From Flavobacteriales bacterium (lineage in GTDB: Bacteria; Bacteroidota; Bacteroidia; UBA10329): a stretch of 64,000 nucleotides of DNA. Of the stretch, positions 1-10,839 are shown in pieces. Numbering within the stretch: position 1 is the stretch's first letter; each line of letters opens with the position of its first letter. The notes beneath the pieces were generated by a model. That model saw nothing but the letters and a program-made list of their open reading frames with translations, did no database searches and had not been told where the DNA came from. The stretch spans positions 113,557-177,556 of the forward strand of contig JAIOYP010000002.1 of NCBI GenBank assembly GCA_021741155.1, in the 5' to 3' direction. Made by a program: the position numbers and the translations under genes.

Positions 1-529
1 CCGCTGGCAATACCGCCCCTGGGATGTGGTGATCGCAGATGATGAAGTCAATTCCTCGTTCATTCGCATACGCCACCTTATCAACGGCACGGATGCCACA
101 ATCGAGCGCAATGATGAGCGTAATACCATTCGCTTTCGCGAAATCAATCCCAGCAAACGAAACTCCGTAGCCTTCTTTGTAGCGGTCTGGAATGTAGAAA
201 TCAACCTGTCCCAAATCCTTCAGAAAACTATAGACCAACGCCACCGAAGTGGTTCCATCCACATCGTAATCTCCAAAAACAAGAATCTTCTCGCCATTCC
301 CAAGTGCTTCTTCAAGTCGAGAAACCGCCTTGTCCATTCCTTTCATTAGAAATGGGTCATGTAAATCTTCGAACGAGGGCCGGAAAAATGTCTTGGCTTC
401 ATCAAAACTGCCAATACCCCGATTGATAAGCAATTGCGCTACATCTTCCTTTATTCCAAGCTGATGGCACAAGTCACAGACCTGAGCTGGATCAGGCAGG
501 TCGGCATATTTCCATTCGGTTTCAAGCAT
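1..529 (-). CDS. recJ: single-stranded-DNA-specific exonuclease RecJ, N-terminal part (gene continues past window start)
   Basis: Minus-strand translation from ATG (rc of 527-529) reads MLETEWKYADLPDPAQVCDLCHQLGIKEDVAQLLINRGIG...GEKILVFGDYDVDGTTSVALVY, the RecJ N-terminus with the DHH-family GDYDVDG motif. The ORF runs off the window edge, so it is absent from the ORF track. Confidence 0.8.
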   Translation of the reverse strand, partial: MLETEWKYADLPDPAQVCDLCHQLGIKEDVAQLLINRGIGSFDEAKTFFRPSFEDLHDPFLMKGMDKAVSRLEEALGNGEKILVFGDYDVDGTTSVALVYSFLKDLGQVDFYIPDRYKEGYGVSFAGIDFAKANGITLIIALDCGIRAVDKVAYANERGIDFIICDHHIPGAVLPA

Positions 530-540
530 ACAATGAATGT

Positions 541-596
541 AAAAACAAAAAGCCCCACGTCCATCTGGCGTAGGGCTTCAAATTAATTTTTTTTTT
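541..596. terminator. bidirectional intrinsic terminator between frr and recJ
   Basis: Hairpin agcccCACGtccatctggCGTagggct (551-577) flanked by an A-run (541-550) and a T-run (587-596). It sits directly downstream of the frr stop on the minus strand. Confidence 0.55.
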
Positions 597-600
597 AGTC

Positions 601-1164
601 TTAGATGGTCATGATATCCACTTCCTTCTCCGCAACCAAGGCGTCAACCTTGTTTGAATAAGAAGTGGTCATATCTTGAATCTCGCCTTCCGCCCGCTTT
701 GCAGCATCTTCGGCCATGCCATCCTTCTGCAATGCCTTAATCTCGTCATTGGCGTCTTTTCGTGAGTTACGTACAGAAACCTTTGCCTGCTCCGCTACAG
801 CTTTCGCTTGCTTCACAAGATCACGTCTGCGCTCTTCGGTCAATGGCGGAATGGAAATCCGAACCACCTTGCCATCATTCATTGGGTTGAAACCCAAATT
901 GGCTCGCATTATTCCTTTTTCAATCTCTTCCAAAAGACCTTTCTCAAATGGTTGAATTTGTAAGGTTTTTGAATCGGGCGTATTTACGTTCGCCACATTC
1001 TTCAATGGCGTCATCGATCCGTAATATTCAACCTGCACGCTTCCCAACATATTTGGGCTTGCTTTTCCTGCGCGAATACGCGCCAACTCATGATCCAAAC
1101 GCTCAATGGCGCTGTCCATACCTTCTTTAGTCGAATCGAAAATGAACTTTAACTCTTCTTCCAT
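601..1164 (-). CDS. frr: ribosome recycling factor
   Basis: 187-aa protein with full-length RRF similarity (…VQVEYYGSMTPLKNVANV…ERRRDLVKQAK…). Conserved pyrH-frr linkage. Confidence 0.95.
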   Translation of the reverse strand: MEEELKFIFDSTKEGMDSAIERLDHELARIRAGKASPNMLGSVQVEYYGSMTPLKNVANVNTPDSKTLQIQPFEKGLLEEIEKGIMRANLGFNPMNDGKVVRISIPPLTEERRRDLVKQAKAVAEQAKVSVRNSRKDANDEIKALQKDGMAEDAAKRAEGEIQDMTTSYSNKVDALVAEKEVDIMTI

Positions 1165-1200
1165 GATTGAAATTTGGTCGAAAATAGTAATTCTGAGTGA

Positions 1201-1914
1201 TCAGCCTTCAACTAGGGTTCCTACCTTCTCGCCAGCAACCACTCGTGCTAAGTTGCCACCTTCATCCATATTAAACACGATGATTGGCAGTTTATTCTCT
1301 TTGCAAAGGGTGAAAGCCGTCATATCCATCACATTCAGGCCTCTTTCATACACTTCTTGAAAGCTGATGGTCTCAAACTTTGTAGCCGACTTATCTTTCT
1401 CAGGATCAGCCGTGTAAATACCATCAACACGCGTTCCTTTTAGAATGACTTCCGCTTCTACCTCAATGGCGCGAAGCGAAGCCGCTGAATCGGTTGTGAA
1501 GTATGGATTTCCAGTGCCCGCTCCAAAGATGACCACGAGCTTTCTTTCCAAGTGACGAACTGCTCTTCTTCTGATGAATGGTTCGGCAATCTCATCCATC
1601 TTGATGGCTGACATCAATCGCGTTGTAACCTCAAGATTTTCCAATGCTGACTGCAATGCCATGCTATTAATCATCGTGGCAAGCATTCCCATGTAATCAC
1701 CTTGTACGCGATCCATTCCGCCTTCCGCAGCTTGAATACCCCGGAAGATGTTACCTCCACCGATAACGATGGCCACCTCTACTCCTGCATCAACAATTTC
1801 CTTAATCTCCTGTGCGTATTGACCCAATCTATCATGGTCAATTCCGAACTGTTTGTTTCCCATCAGCGATTCTCCGCTGAGCTTCAGTAGCACTCTCTTG
1901 TACTTCACATTCAT
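1201..1914 (-). CDS. pyrH: UMP kinase
   Basis: [19 protein letters not shown]…[11 protein letters not shown], a typical UMP kinase. Located between tsf and frr. Confidence 0.95.
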   Translation of the reverse strand: MNVKYKRVLLKLSGESLMGNKQFGIDHDRLGQYAQEIKEIVDAGVEVAIVIGGGNIFRGIQAAEGGMDRVQGDYMGMLATMINSMALQSALENLEVTTRLMSAIKMDEIAEPFIRRRAVRHLERKLVVIFGAGTGNPYFTTDSAASLRAIEVEAEVILKGTRVDGIYTADPEKDKSATKFETISFQEVYERGLNVMDMTAFTLCKENKLPIIVFNMDEGGNLARVVAGEKVGTLVEG

Positions 1915-1936
1915 GTTGCGATGATAAACTTTTTAG

Positions 1937-1965
1937 ACAAAAAAAAGAGGCTTTAAAGCCTCTTT
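1937..1965 (-). terminator. intrinsic terminator after tsf
   Basis: Perfect hairpin aagaggcttTAaagcctctt (1945-1964) followed on the minus strand by a T8 run (plus A-run 1937-1944). Confidence 0.65.
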
Positions 1966-1976
1966 CGTAATCATTA

Positions 1977-2807
1977 TTAATTGCCAAGCGAGAATCGCTT
2001 GAAATCTGTCACTGTCAGTTCGGGATTGCCGGTCTTCAAATATTGAGCAACATTCAATTTGTTGTCCTTGATGAATGCTTGCTCCATCAATGTATTCTCC
2101 TTGAAAAATTTACCCAATCGTCCTTCAGCAATTTTCTCAGCCATATCAGCAGGTTTTCCTTCCTGAATAGCCAATTCTTTACCAATTTCAATTTCTTTAG
2201 CGATAACCTCAGCAGAAACAGACTCCTTGTTCAAAGCAACTGGTGCCATTGCTGCAGCTTGCATAGCTACATCACGACCCATTTCTTCGTATCCAGCCTT
2301 GTTTAGACCTACGATTGTACCAACCCTGTTTCCTGGATGATTGTAAGCAACAACAGTAGCTGCCTCAATAATCTCCAATCCACCTACTTCAACTTTCTCG
2401 CCTGTTTTTCCTGTCAGCTCTGTGATTGCAGCAGCAACAGTAGACCCGTTGTAGCTAGCCTCATTCAATGCCTCAGCCGTAGTAATTGAACCGCTAAGAA
2501 CAATATCAACAAGGTCATTTGCAAATCCGATGAATCCTTCCGTTTTAGCAACGAAATCAGTTTCGCAGTTCAAACGAAGTAAAACAACTTTATTTCCGCT
2601 AGTCTTTCCGATTACGTAACCTTCAGTTGCATCGCGATCAGAACGCTTTGCAGCAACTTTCTGTCCTTGCTTTCTCAGTAGGTCAATCGCAGTATCAAAA
2701 TCGCCTCCAGCCTCAACAAGAGCTTTCTTGCAATCCATCATTCCTGCACCAGTTTTTTGTCTAAGCTCGTTTACTTGAGCCGCTGTAATTTTCACCGTAG
2801 CTTCCAA
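1977..2807 (-). CDS. tsf: translation elongation factor Ts
   Basis: N-terminal UBA-like ITAAQVNELRQKTGAGMMDCKKAL and EF-Ts core. Adjacent to rpsB. Confidence 0.95.
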   Translation of the reverse strand: MEATVKITAAQVNELRQKTGAGMMDCKKALVEAGGDFDTAIDLLRKQGQKVAAKRSDRDATEGYVIGKTSGNKVVLLRLNCETDFVAKTEGFIGFANDLVDIVLSGSITTAEALNEASYNGSTVAAAITELTGKTGEKVEVGGLEIIEAATVVAYNHPGNRVGTIVGLNKAGYEEMGRDVAMQAAAMAPVALNKESVSAEVIAKEIEIGKELAIQEGKPADMAEKIAEGRLGKFFKENTLMEQAFIKDNKLNVAQYLKTGNPELTVTDFKRFSLGN

Positions 2808-2819
2808 TGTCTTGTATTT

Positions 2820-3623
2820 TTATTCTTCGTCTTCGTCCTCGGTAACGGCAGCCTTCTTCTTAGTAGAAGCTTTTACTTCCTCTACATCGTCTCCGTCCTC
2901 ATCATCCTTAGAGTCATCTTCTTTTCCTTTTCCAGCTTTTCTTTCTGCAAGACCTTCTGCAACTGCATCAGTCATTGCTTTAACGATAAGCTCGATTGAT
3001 CTTGCAGCATCATCGTTTCCTGGGATAGCAAAATCCACATCTTTCGGATTTGCGTTCGTGTCAACGATAGCGAAAGTTGGGATTCCCAATCTTGTAGCTT
3101 CTTTAACAGCGATATGCTCCTTAATAATATCAACGATGAAAATCGCAGATGGAAGTCTTGTGAGATCAGCAATTGAACCCAAATCTCTTTCGAGTTTCGC
3201 TCTCTGACGACTAATCATCAATCGCTCACGCTTTGACATGGTTTCCCATGTCCCATCAACTTCCATTTTATCAATGGTCCCCATCTTTCTGATGGCTTTA
3301 CGGATGGTAGCAAAGTTGGTAAGCATACCACCTGGCCATCTTTCAGTAACGTATGGCATGTTCACACGAGCAGATTCACGAGCAATGATTCCTTGAGCTT
3401 GCTTTTTAGTAGCAACAAAAAGAATCTTTTTTCCCGAACGAGCCATCGCTTTAATCGCCTTACAAGCCTCATCCAACTTGGCTGAACTCTTATTAAGGTC
3501 GATAATGTGAGTTCCGTTCTTCTCCATGAAGATGTACGGAGCCATGGCAGGATTCCACTTTCTTTTTAGGTGTCCGAAGTGAACACCTGCTTCTAGCATT
3601 TCCTGTACTGTAGGTTGAGCCAT
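2820..3623 (-). CDS. rpsB: 30S ribosomal protein S2
   Basis: [18 protein letters not shown]…WPGGMLTNF, canonical S2, with an acidic C-terminal tail. Confidence 0.95.
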   Translation of the reverse strand: MAQPTVQEMLEAGVHFGHLKRKWNPAMAPYIFMEKNGTHIIDLNKSSAKLDEACKAIKAMARSGKKILFVATKKQAQGIIARESARVNMPYVTERWPGGMLTNFATIRKAIRKMGTIDKMEVDGTWETMSKRERLMISRQRAKLERDLGSIADLTRLPSAIFIVDIIKEHIAVKEATRLGIPTFAIVDTNANPKDVDFAIPGNDDAARSIELIVKAMTDAVAEGLAERKAGKGKEDDSKDDEDGDDVEEVKASTKKKAAVTEDEDEE

Positions 3624-3662
3624 TGAAATTGTATTGTTTTGAAAAGTCTTTTTACTAATCGA

Positions 3663-4049
3663 TTAACGCTTGCTGAACTGGAATTTCTTCCTTGCTTTTT
3701 TCTGACCGAATTTCTTACGCTCGACCATTCTCGAATCACGCGTCATCAATCCAAGCTTCTTCAAAGCAGGCTTCACAGTTTCGTCTTCTTTTACCAATGC
3801 TCTTGAAATCCCAAGAGAAATGGCCTCAGCCTGTCCTGTGATTCCTCCACCAGCAACATTCACTTTAACATCATATTTCCCAACAACTTCCAAAACGTTG
3901 AATGGTCTTTGGATGGTGTCTTGAAGCAATGACGTTGGGAAGTACTCCTTTGCGTCTTTCCCGTTAACGATGAATGCACCTTTACCAGCTTTCACGTAAA
4001 CGCGAGCAACTGCGGTCTTTCTTCTTCCTAATGCGTTGATTATTTCCAT
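3663..4049 (-). CDS. rpsI: 30S ribosomal protein S9
   Basis: 128 aa ending …GQKKARKKFQFSKR, a typical S9. Confidence 0.95.
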   Translation of the reverse strand: MEIINALGRRKTAVARVYVKAGKGAFIVNGKDAKEYFPTSLLQDTIQRPFNVLEVVGKYDVKVNVAGGGITGQAEAISLGISRALVKEDETVKPALKKLGLMTRDSRMVERKKFGQKKARKKFQFSKR

Positions 4050-4063
4050 TTAATATAGAATGA

Positions 4064-4510
4064 TCAGTTAAGTGAAATGGTTTGTGGCTTCTGTGCTTCA
4101 TGCGGATGGTTTGCACCAGCATAAGCATGCATATTATTGAAGATTGCTCTTCCCAATTTGCTTTTTGGAAGCATTCCACGAACAGCTTTGGTAACCAATC
4201 CTGTTGGATCTTTTTCCAAAACTTGATCTACACTTCGCAAACGCTGTCCACCAGGGAACCCTGTATGGTGCATGTATTGCTTGGTAGCCCTTTTGTTTCC
4301 AGAAAGTTCAACTTTCTCCGCGTTGATAACGATAACGTTATCGCCACAATCGGCATGTGGAGTAAAGTTTACTTTATTCTTTCCGCGTAGTCTGTACGCA
4401 ATTGTAGATGCCAATCTACCGAGAGTCTGACCCTCAGCATCGATAATAACCCACTCCTTATTAGCAGTGTTCTTATTGGCAGAAATGGTTTTAAAGCTTG
4501 GTGCTTTCAC
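4064..4510 (-). CDS. rplM: 50S ribosomal protein L13
   Basis: …WVIIDAEGQTLGRLAS…HHTGFPGG…, a typical L13, upstream of rpsI. Confidence 0.95.
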   Translation of the reverse strand: MKAPSFKTISANKNTANKEWVIIDAEGQTLGRLASTIAYRLRGKNKVNFTPHADCGDNVIVINAEKVELSGNKRATKQYMHHTGFPGGQRLRSVDQVLEKDPTGLVTKAVRGMLPKSKLGRAIFNNMHAYAGANHPHEAQKPQTISLN

Positions 4511-4614
4511 TTCAAATATGTTTTCAGTTCATTATTAGAGCTTACACTCCTACCCAAATTTGGGGCTGCGAAGATATTACTAATTATTTGAATGAACAAT
4601 GGTTTGTCGATAAT

Positions 4615-5808
4615 TCATTTCAACACTCCAAGTTCTTGCCCCACCGAAGAGAAAGCCGCAATGGCCTTATCAAGGTGATTTGTGCTATGCGCAGCGGATA
4701 TTTGAACACGGATTCTGGCCTGTCCTTTTCCAACAACTGGATAGAAAAAACCAATTGCATAAATACCTTTTTCAAGCAGTTTATCGGCAAACTGCTGTGC
4801 TAATTTGGCATCATAAAGCATAATTGGCACAATCGGACTGTCCCCATCTTTCAATTCAAAGCCCGCTTTTTCCACTCCTTCCTTAAAGTATTTGGTGTTT
4901 GCTTCCAGCTTATCGCGAAGCTCGGTTGACGACCCAAGCAAATCAAAAACTTTACTTGCCGCTCCAACAATAGAAGGTGCCAATGAATTAGAAAAAAGAT
5001 AAGGTCGAGATCTCTGGCGCAACATTTCAATCACTTCTTTTTTTCCTGAAGTGAAACCGCCCATCGCGCCACCGAGAGCTTTTCCTAACGTGCTTGTAAT
5101 GATGTCAACTCGACCCACTACATTATTATACTCATGCGTTCCTCTACCCGTTTTTCCGATGAAACCCGTTGCATGACTATCATCCACCATTACCAAGGCA
5201 TTATACTTTTCAGCGAGGTCACAGATCTCATCCAACTTGGCGATGTCACCATCCATGGAAAAAACTCCGTCTGTGACGATAATTCTATGTCGTTGTGCTT
5301 GAGATGCTTTTAGCTGCTCTTCTAAATCAGCCATATCGCTGTGTTTGTAACGGTAGCGCTCTGCCTTGCATAATCGCACACCATCAATAATGGAAGCATG
5401 GTTCAACTCATCGCTGATAATTGCATCTTCCGCAGAAAACAAAGGTTCGAATACGCCCCCGTTGGCATCAAAACACGCTGCATACAATATGGTATCTTCC
5501 ATCCCAAGAAAAGACGAAATCTTTTTCTCCAGGCTTTTATGAATGTCTTGCGTTCCGCAGATAAAACGAACAGACGACATGCCATATCCGTGAGAATCCA
5601 GCGCATCCTTAGCTCCTTGTATGACTGCTGGATGCGAAGAGAGTCCGAGGTAATTATTGGCACACATGATTACAACGTCTTCACCCGTACTCACTTGAAC
5701 CTCTGCTCCTTGTGGACTGGTTATGATTCGCTCTCTTTTGTAAAGTCCCGCCTCTTCAATCGACTTCAATTCCTCGGCTAAAAACACTTGCAATTCTCCG
5801 TACATCTT
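4615..5808 (-). CDS. kbl: glycine C-acetyltransferase (2-amino-3-ketobutyrate CoA ligase)
   Basis: Near-colinear match to E. coli Kbl (…ITSPQGA…CANNYLGL…[10 protein letters not shown]…FSMDG…DDSHA…TLGKALGG…[11 protein letters not shown]…). Start set at MYGEL (ATG rc of 5806-5808) rather than the track's upstream Met. Confidence 0.85.
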   Translation of the reverse strand, partial: KMYGELQVFLAEELKSIEEAGLYKRERIITSPQGAEVQVSTGEDVVIMCANNYLGLSSHPAVIQGAKDALDSHGYGMSSVRFICGTQDIHKSLEKKISSFLGMEDTILYAACFDANGGVFEPLFSAEDAIISDELNHASIIDGVRLCKAERYRYKHSDMADLEEQLKASQAQRHRIIVTDGVFSMDGDIAKLDEICDLAEKYNALVMVDDSHATGFIGKTGRGTHEYNNVVGRVDIITSTLGKALGGAMGGFTSGKKEVIEMLRQRSRPYLFSNSLAPSIVGAASKVFDLLGSSTELRDKLEANTKYFKEGVEKAGFELKDGDSPIVPIMLYDAKLAQQFADKLLEKGIYAIGFFYPVVGKGQARIRVQISAAHSTNHLDKAIAAFSSVGQELGVLK

Positions 5809-5888
5809 ATTCTGTTTTGGGAGGACAAAAGTAACGGATTGAATACACTCATTTAGAACACTATTGAACAAGCCCTAACTGCGATTGT

Positions 5889-5896
5889 TATATTTG
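5889..5896 (+). promoter_or_regulatory. Bacteroidota-type -7 box (TATATTTG) for sodA
   Basis: Matches the TAnnTTTG consensus about 38 nt upstream of the sodA ATG, in the kbl/sodA divergent region. Confidence 0.35.
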
Positions 5897-5933
5897 CGAA
5901 CAACAAAATAATAACCGTCAAAATCAAAATAAA

Positions 5934-6539
5934 ATGGCTTTTGAATTACCAAAACTTCCTTACGCATACGATGCCTTGGAACCACATATTGATGCACGTA
6001 CGATGGAAATCCATCACTCAAAGCATCATCAGGGATACACAACTAATTTGAACAACGCGATTGCAGGAACTGCCCTCGAAGGAAAATCGATTGAAGAAAT
6101 TCTTGTCGCTGGATTTGATAACGCGGCCGTTCGAAATAACGGTGGTGGTTTTTACAATCACGATCTTTTTTGGCTAGTAATGTCGCCAAACGGTGGCGGA
6201 CAACCTTCTGGAGCTTTGGCAGATGCGATTAACGCAGCCTATGGTTCATTTGATGGCTTCAAGGACGCATTCAGCAAGGCTGCTGCAACAAGATTCGGTT
6301 CAGGTTGGGCATGGCTCAATGTGAAAAAAGGTGGTGCAGTTGAGGTGTGCAGTAGCGCTAATCAAGACAATCCACTCATGCCAGGTATTGGCTGCGAAGG
6401 AACTCCAGTTCTTGGGTTGGACGTTTGGGAACATGCTTACTACCTGAATTATCAGAACAGAAGACCTGATTACATCTCGGCTTTCTTCAATGTAATTAAC
6501 TGGGCTGAAGTATCTAAACGCTACGAAGCAGGGAAATAA
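5934..6539 (+). CDS. sodA: superoxide dismutase [Fe/Mn]
   Basis: …[27 protein letters not shown]… and the C-terminal DVWEHAYYL metal-ligand motif. Confidence 0.88.
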   Translation: MAFELPKLPYAYDALEPHIDARTMEIHHSKHHQGYTTNLNNAIAGTALEGKSIEEILVAGFDNAAVRNNGGGFYNHDLFWLVMSPNGGGQPSGALADAINAAYGSFDGFKDAFSKAAATRFGSGWAWLNVKKGGAVEVCSSANQDNPLMPGIGCEGTPVLGLDVWEHAYYLNYQNRRPDYISAFFNVINWAEVSKRYEAGK

Positions 6540-6563
6540 CCCAGCTCAAATCATCGGATAATA

Positions 6564-6590
6564 AAAAGGCTCGCAAATGCGAGCCTTTTT
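6564..6590. terminator. bidirectional intrinsic terminator (sodA / glmS convergent)
   Basis: aaaaaGGCTCGCaaatGCGAGCCttttt: perfect 8-bp GC-rich stem with A-run and T-run flanks. Confidence 0.75.
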
Positions 6591-6612
6591 CGTTTCTAGT
6601 ATGTCAGTTCAA

Positions 6613-8451
6613 TTACTCCACAGTAACCGACTTTGCCAAATTTCTAGGTTGATCTACATTGCATCCTCTCATTACAGCAATGTAATATGACAGCAATTGC
6701 AATGGAACCGAAGCCAAAATTGGCACCAATTCTTCTTCCGTTTCTGGAATTTCAATCACGTGGTCAGCCAATTCGGCAGCAGAAGTATCACCTTTAGTGA
6801 CAACCGCAATAATCTTTCCTTTTCTCGCTTTTACTTCTTGAATATTGCTCAACACTTTCTCGTAAGATCCTTTGCTTGGAGCAATTACTACTACTGGCAT
6901 TTCTGCGTCAATCAACGCGATTGGTCCATGCTTCATCTCTGCTGCTGGATAGCCTTCAGCATGGATGTACGATATCTCTTTCAACTTCAAAGCACCTTCC
7001 AACGCAACTGGAAAATTATAGCCTCTTCCCAAATAAAGAAAATTGCGCGAATCTTTATACTGCCCAGCAATGTACTTGACGAGTTCGGCAGATTGCAAAA
7101 CTTCTTCAACCTGTGCAGGAATCTTCTCAAGCGAAGCAAGAATTCGTTGAAATCTTGATTCTGCAATGGAGCCTTTTTTATGCGCTAAACGCAAGGCCAT
7201 CAACAAGAGAACCGTAACCTGTGAAGTAAACGCTTTGGTTGAAGCAACTCCAATCTCAGGCCCAGCATGCGTGTATGAACCAGCATCGGTAATCCTTGAA
7301 ATAGACGACCCGACCACATTACATACGCCAATAATGGTTGCACCCTTTGATTTGGCCAATTCAAGCGCAGCTAATGTATCTGCCGTTTCGCCTGATTGAG
7401 AAATAGCAATAACTACATCGTCCTCATTGATAATGGGATTTCTATATCTGAATTCAGATGCATATTCAACCTCAACAGGAATACGAGCCAAATCTTCAAT
7501 AAGATATTCACCAACCAATCCAGCATGCCAAGATGTTCCACAAGCGACAATGATGATGCGTTTGGCGTTGGCCATTTTTTGTTCGTAGTCGCTGATACCT
7601 CCAAGAGTTACCGTTCCCGATTGCACGTGGTATCTGCCTCGCATACTGTCGGAGATCGAACGTGGCTGCTCAAAAATTTCTTTTAACATGAAATGCTCGT
7701 ATCCCCCCTTCTCCAAAGCTTCTAGCTTCATCTCAAGTTCGTGGATGTACGGAGTCATCACCTCGTTTTCAATACTTCTAACAATAGGGTCTTGACCAAC
7801 TCGAAGCTCAACGATTTGCTCATCTTCAAGATAAACAACCTCATTGGTATATTCGATTATAGGAGTGGCATCTGAAGCTAGAAAGAACTCGTTCTTTCCA
7901 ATTCCCACTACCATCGGACTTCCTTTTTTTGCTCCAATTATCACATTTGGATCGCTTTTGTCCATGACTGCAATAGCATATGCCCCAACTACTTGGGTAA
8001 GAGCTATACGGACGGCTTCTGCTAAAGAAAGATTTTCATTAGCTTGTACATCTTCAATCAAATGAACAAGAACTTCTGTATCCGTATCACTTTTAAAAAT
8101 GTGCCCTCGTTTGACAAGCTCCTTTTTCAATGGGTCGTAATTCTCAATGATTCCATTGTGAATCAGTGCCAATTTCTCGTTACCAGAATAATGTGGGTGT
8201 GCATTTACATCATTCGGCTCACCGTGAGTTGCCCATCTTGTATGGCCAATTCCAACAGTACCGGAAATGTCTTTTGATGAAGCAAACGCCTCAAGGTCGG
8301 CCACTTTTCCTTTACACTTATATACGTTAAGACCTGAGTTGAGCAGGCAGATTCCTGCACTATCATAACCTCTATACTCAAGCCGCTTGAGGCCCTTAAT
8401 TAGAATTGGATAAGCTTCCTTCTTTCCTATATAAGCTACGATACCGCACAT
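6613..8451 (-). CDS. glmS: glutamine--fructose-6-phosphate aminotransferase
   Basis: MCGIVAYIG… N-terminal Cys amidotransferase domain plus two SIS domains, C-terminal …KSVTVE. Confidence 0.95.
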   Translation of the reverse strand: MCGIVAYIGKKEAYPILIKGLKRLEYRGYDSAGICLLNSGLNVYKCKGKVADLEAFASSKDISGTVGIGHTRWATHGEPNDVNAHPHYSGNEKLALIHNGIIENYDPLKKELVKRGHIFKSDTDTEVLVHLIEDVQANENLSLAEAVRIALTQVVGAYAIAVMDKSDPNVIIGAKKGSPMVVGIGKNEFFLASDATPIIEYTNEVVYLEDEQIVELRVGQDPIVRSIENEVMTPYIHELEMKLEALEKGGYEHFMLKEIFEQPRSISDSMRGRYHVQSGTVTLGGISDYEQKMANAKRIIIVACGTSWHAGLVGEYLIEDLARIPVEVEYASEFRYRNPIINEDDVVIAISQSGETADTLAALELAKSKGATIIGVCNVVGSSISRITDAGSYTHAGPEIGVASTKAFTSQVTVLLLMALRLAHKKGSIAESRFQRILASLEKIPAQVEEVLQSAELVKYIAGQYKDSRNFLYLGRGYNFPVALEGALKLKEISYIHAEGYPAAEMKHGPIALIDAEMPVVVIAPSKGSYEKVLSNIQEVKARKGKIIAVVTKGDTSAAELADHVIEIPETEEELVPILASVPLQLLSYYIAVMRGCNVDQPRNLAKSVTVE

Positions 8452-8453
8452 AT

Positions 8454-9773
8454 CTATTCAATTATAGTGTATGTCATCCTCAATTTCATCGGTTTGGTTG
8501 GATGCTGAGGCCCATTAAAAACGCCTCTTCTTGCATTAACCGCATTTCCCGAATTCGTAATGTAAAGACCGTAATCTACTTTTTCTGGTGCATTGAGCAA
8601 CGACTGAAGATGTCGAGCAATATTGAAAATATACTGCTTGTTTTCTGAATCATAAACTCCTCCATAATAATCGGAACCTTCAAAGAAATCTACAGGAAAA
8701 ACAGGATTTCCGATTGAGTCAATTACCGTCACCTGTAGATTGTTTGGAACACCGAATTCATCGATTACATCAACATCCAAAGGAACAACCAATTCAGCTT
8801 TATTGATGGCTACAGCTCCAAGATTGTTTAGTTCTCGCAAATGAGGAAGTTCAACTTTCATCCGAGTTCCAGCCATTGAATGGATATACAGTCGTTCTGC
8901 TCCAGTAACTGTTCCACCAGCTATTGCCGATTCAATTGATGTTGGAGCATACTCGTGATGAAAAGCGGTATGGACACCATCTGTATTAGCGGTAAGAAAA
9001 TTAACGAATAATGTATCTGTATCCGTGTGGTAAAACAACTTTACCCACGAAAACGAACTCGCTACATTGAAATAAAGAATGGATCCGAAGCCAGATGGCA
9101 TCGAGGCATCCACTGGTTTAATATTTAATCCCCTGAATTCTGTCAGGAATACATCGTTTGAAGCCAAGTTGTTGGATTCTAAAATTCGCGTTCCTAAGCT
9201 ATTTTCAAGCGGAATCCGCAACGATGGACGTATGGTATCTGAACCTGAAATAACATCAGAATAAAGATCTGGTCTAAATTGATGAACAGCCAACGGAGTG
9301 GCTGAGATGGCATGAGATGCCGTTGAATAATATGCCGAATCTGAAGTGCTGGTGTTTCGAAGATCTTCTTCCAATTCAAACACTCCGAACGTCATCGTTC
9401 CTTTTAGCTTGTCGGTAGAGCCGTAAGAGCCTACATAAGCAAGATTCAAAATTATGGAATCAACCACAGCATCACTTGGGAATTCAACAGAGGTGCTAGG
9501 AAGTTTAAATTGCATGAAGAGTTCCGATTGCACTCTTCCGAAGATTGGGTCTCCAAAATCTCCAATAAGGTAGGTTCCTGATGACAGACCTGATGTCTGA
9601 ACCGAATCATATAGAATAGTTCTTGCTTCAATTGTGAACGTGTCTATCCAAGCAATTGACATTTCTTCTCCTTCAGGAAGCACGTCTAGTCCAATTCCAT
9701 CTGGTTCTTTACAAGAAGCGGTGATGAGTATTATCAGCAATCCAAAAAATGCTGCGGTATTACGAAAGGTCAT
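8454..9773 (-). CDS. DUF4270-family lipoprotein
   Basis: Lipoprotein signal (…LLIILITASC) and about 440 aa with no catalytic motifs. Its position between glycogen synthase and glmS is the conserved Bacteroidota context of DUF4270. Start set at MTFRN (ATG rc of 9771-9773). Confidence 0.65.
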   Translation of the reverse strand: MTFRNTAAFFGLLIILITASCKEPDGIGLDVLPEGEEMSIAWIDTFTIEARTILYDSVQTSGLSSGTYLIGDFGDPIFGRVQSELFMQFKLPSTSVEFPSDAVVDSIILNLAYVGSYGSTDKLKGTMTFGVFELEEDLRNTSTSDSAYYSTASHAISATPLAVHQFRPDLYSDVISGSDTIRPSLRIPLENSLGTRILESNNLASNDVFLTEFRGLNIKPVDASMPSGFGSILYFNVASSFSWVKLFYHTDTDTLFVNFLTANTDGVHTAFHHEYAPTSIESAIAGGTVTGAERLYIHSMAGTRMKVELPHLRELNNLGAVAINKAELVVPLDVDVIDEFGVPNNLQVTVIDSIGNPVFPVDFFEGSDYYGGVYDSENKQYIFNIARHLQSLLNAPEKVDYGLYITNSGNAVNARRGVFNGPQHPTKPMKLRMTYTIIE

Positions 9774-9846
9774 CCTTTTTAAAATAAGTAAGCGGAGGGT
9801 TAACCCTCCGCTTTCAAAGATATTGTACAAGAAGTGTTAAAAGGCA

Positions 9847-10677
9847 TTAATCAGCAAGAACTGATTCATTTGCCAAAATCTCAGTATAGAATTCCGAGTA
9901 AGCATCCAAATAGCTTTCGTCATCTTGGAAATTGAGGATTGGCTTATCTGCTCCAGTAATAACCGCAGCAACCTCTGGGCTCAGTTCTTCATTTCCGATA
10001 ATAACTGCATCAGCATATTTGATGGCGACCTTTGTCAGATTCATGTGTGTAGCATCGGTAAAAATGGAAACATCTTCATCAGTCAACGTGTCAAACTTAA
10101 TTTTTTCGGACATGCGTGAGTCCAAGGCTCCTTGATAGGCATCATCGTAAACCGAATAAACAACCTTCGAATTCTCAAATAATGGATCATCCTTATACAC
10201 GGTTTTGATAAAGAACGGTAGAAGCGCAGTCATCCATCCATGACAATGAATCACGTCTGGAGCCCAGCCTAATTTCTTTACCGTTTCAATTACCCCACGA
10301 CAAAAGAACACTGCCCTTTCATCATTATCAGAAAAGAACTTTCCGTCTTTTCCATTAAGGAAGAATTTACGTTGAAAATACTCCTCGTTGTCAATGAAAT
10401 AAACTTGCATTCTAGCAGGTTGAATAGAGGCAACTTTAATAATCAATGGATGATCCGTGTCATCAACAATCAAATTCATTCCAGAAAGGCGAATCACTTC
10501 ATGTAGTTGATTCCTTCTTTCGTTAATACAGCCGAAACGGGGCATAAAAGTTCTTATTTCCCGACCTCTTTCCTGAGTTCCTTGAGGCAGATGCCTTCCT
10601 ATTTTTCCTATGTGAGATTCTGGTAGATACGGTACAACTTCCTGAGACACGAACAACACTCTCTCTTTTTGCGACAT
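9847..10677 (-). CDS. glycogen/starch synthase, short Bacteroidota type (GT5 N-domain only)
   Basis: …VLFVSQEVVPY…GGL-like N-terminus with HCHGWMTALLP. 277 aa from MSQKERV; the track's upstream extension was rejected. Confidence 0.75.
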   Translation of the reverse strand: MSQKERVLFVSQEVVPYLPESHIGKIGRHLPQGTQERGREIRTFMPRFGCINERRNQLHEVIRLSGMNLIVDDTDHPLIIKVASIQPARMQVYFIDNEEYFQRKFFLNGKDGKFFSDNDERAVFFCRGVIETVKKLGWAPDVIHCHGWMTALLPFFIKTVYKDDPLFENSKVVYSVYDDAYQGALDSRMSEKIKFDTLTDEDVSIFTDATHMNLTKVAIKYADAVIIGNEELSPEVAAVITGADKPILNFQDDESYLDAYSEFYTEILANESVLAD

Positions 10678-10839
10678 GTTTTGTTTTTTAGGGTGAAAAT
10701 AGGGCGCAAATTTACAAATAATACACGCTGAAATCAAGTACTGACGGGGCTTTCCGAATGGCGGACAATTTCTTATACGATTTTTTTTAGACTTTATCAA
10801 GTGGTCGTTTTAGCTTTGCAGGCACTGGTTCGCACCGTC

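Noticed and set aside
26-349. 107-aa plus-strand ORF at the window start
   Set aside because: It lies antisense to the well-supported RecJ N-terminal coding region (DHH GDYDVDG motif on the minus strand) and has no homology signal.
2812-3207. 131-aa Ser-rich plus-strand ORF and 66-aa minus ORF inside rpsB
   Set aside because: Low-complexity translations antisense to or out of frame with ribosomal protein S2; typical shadow ORFs.
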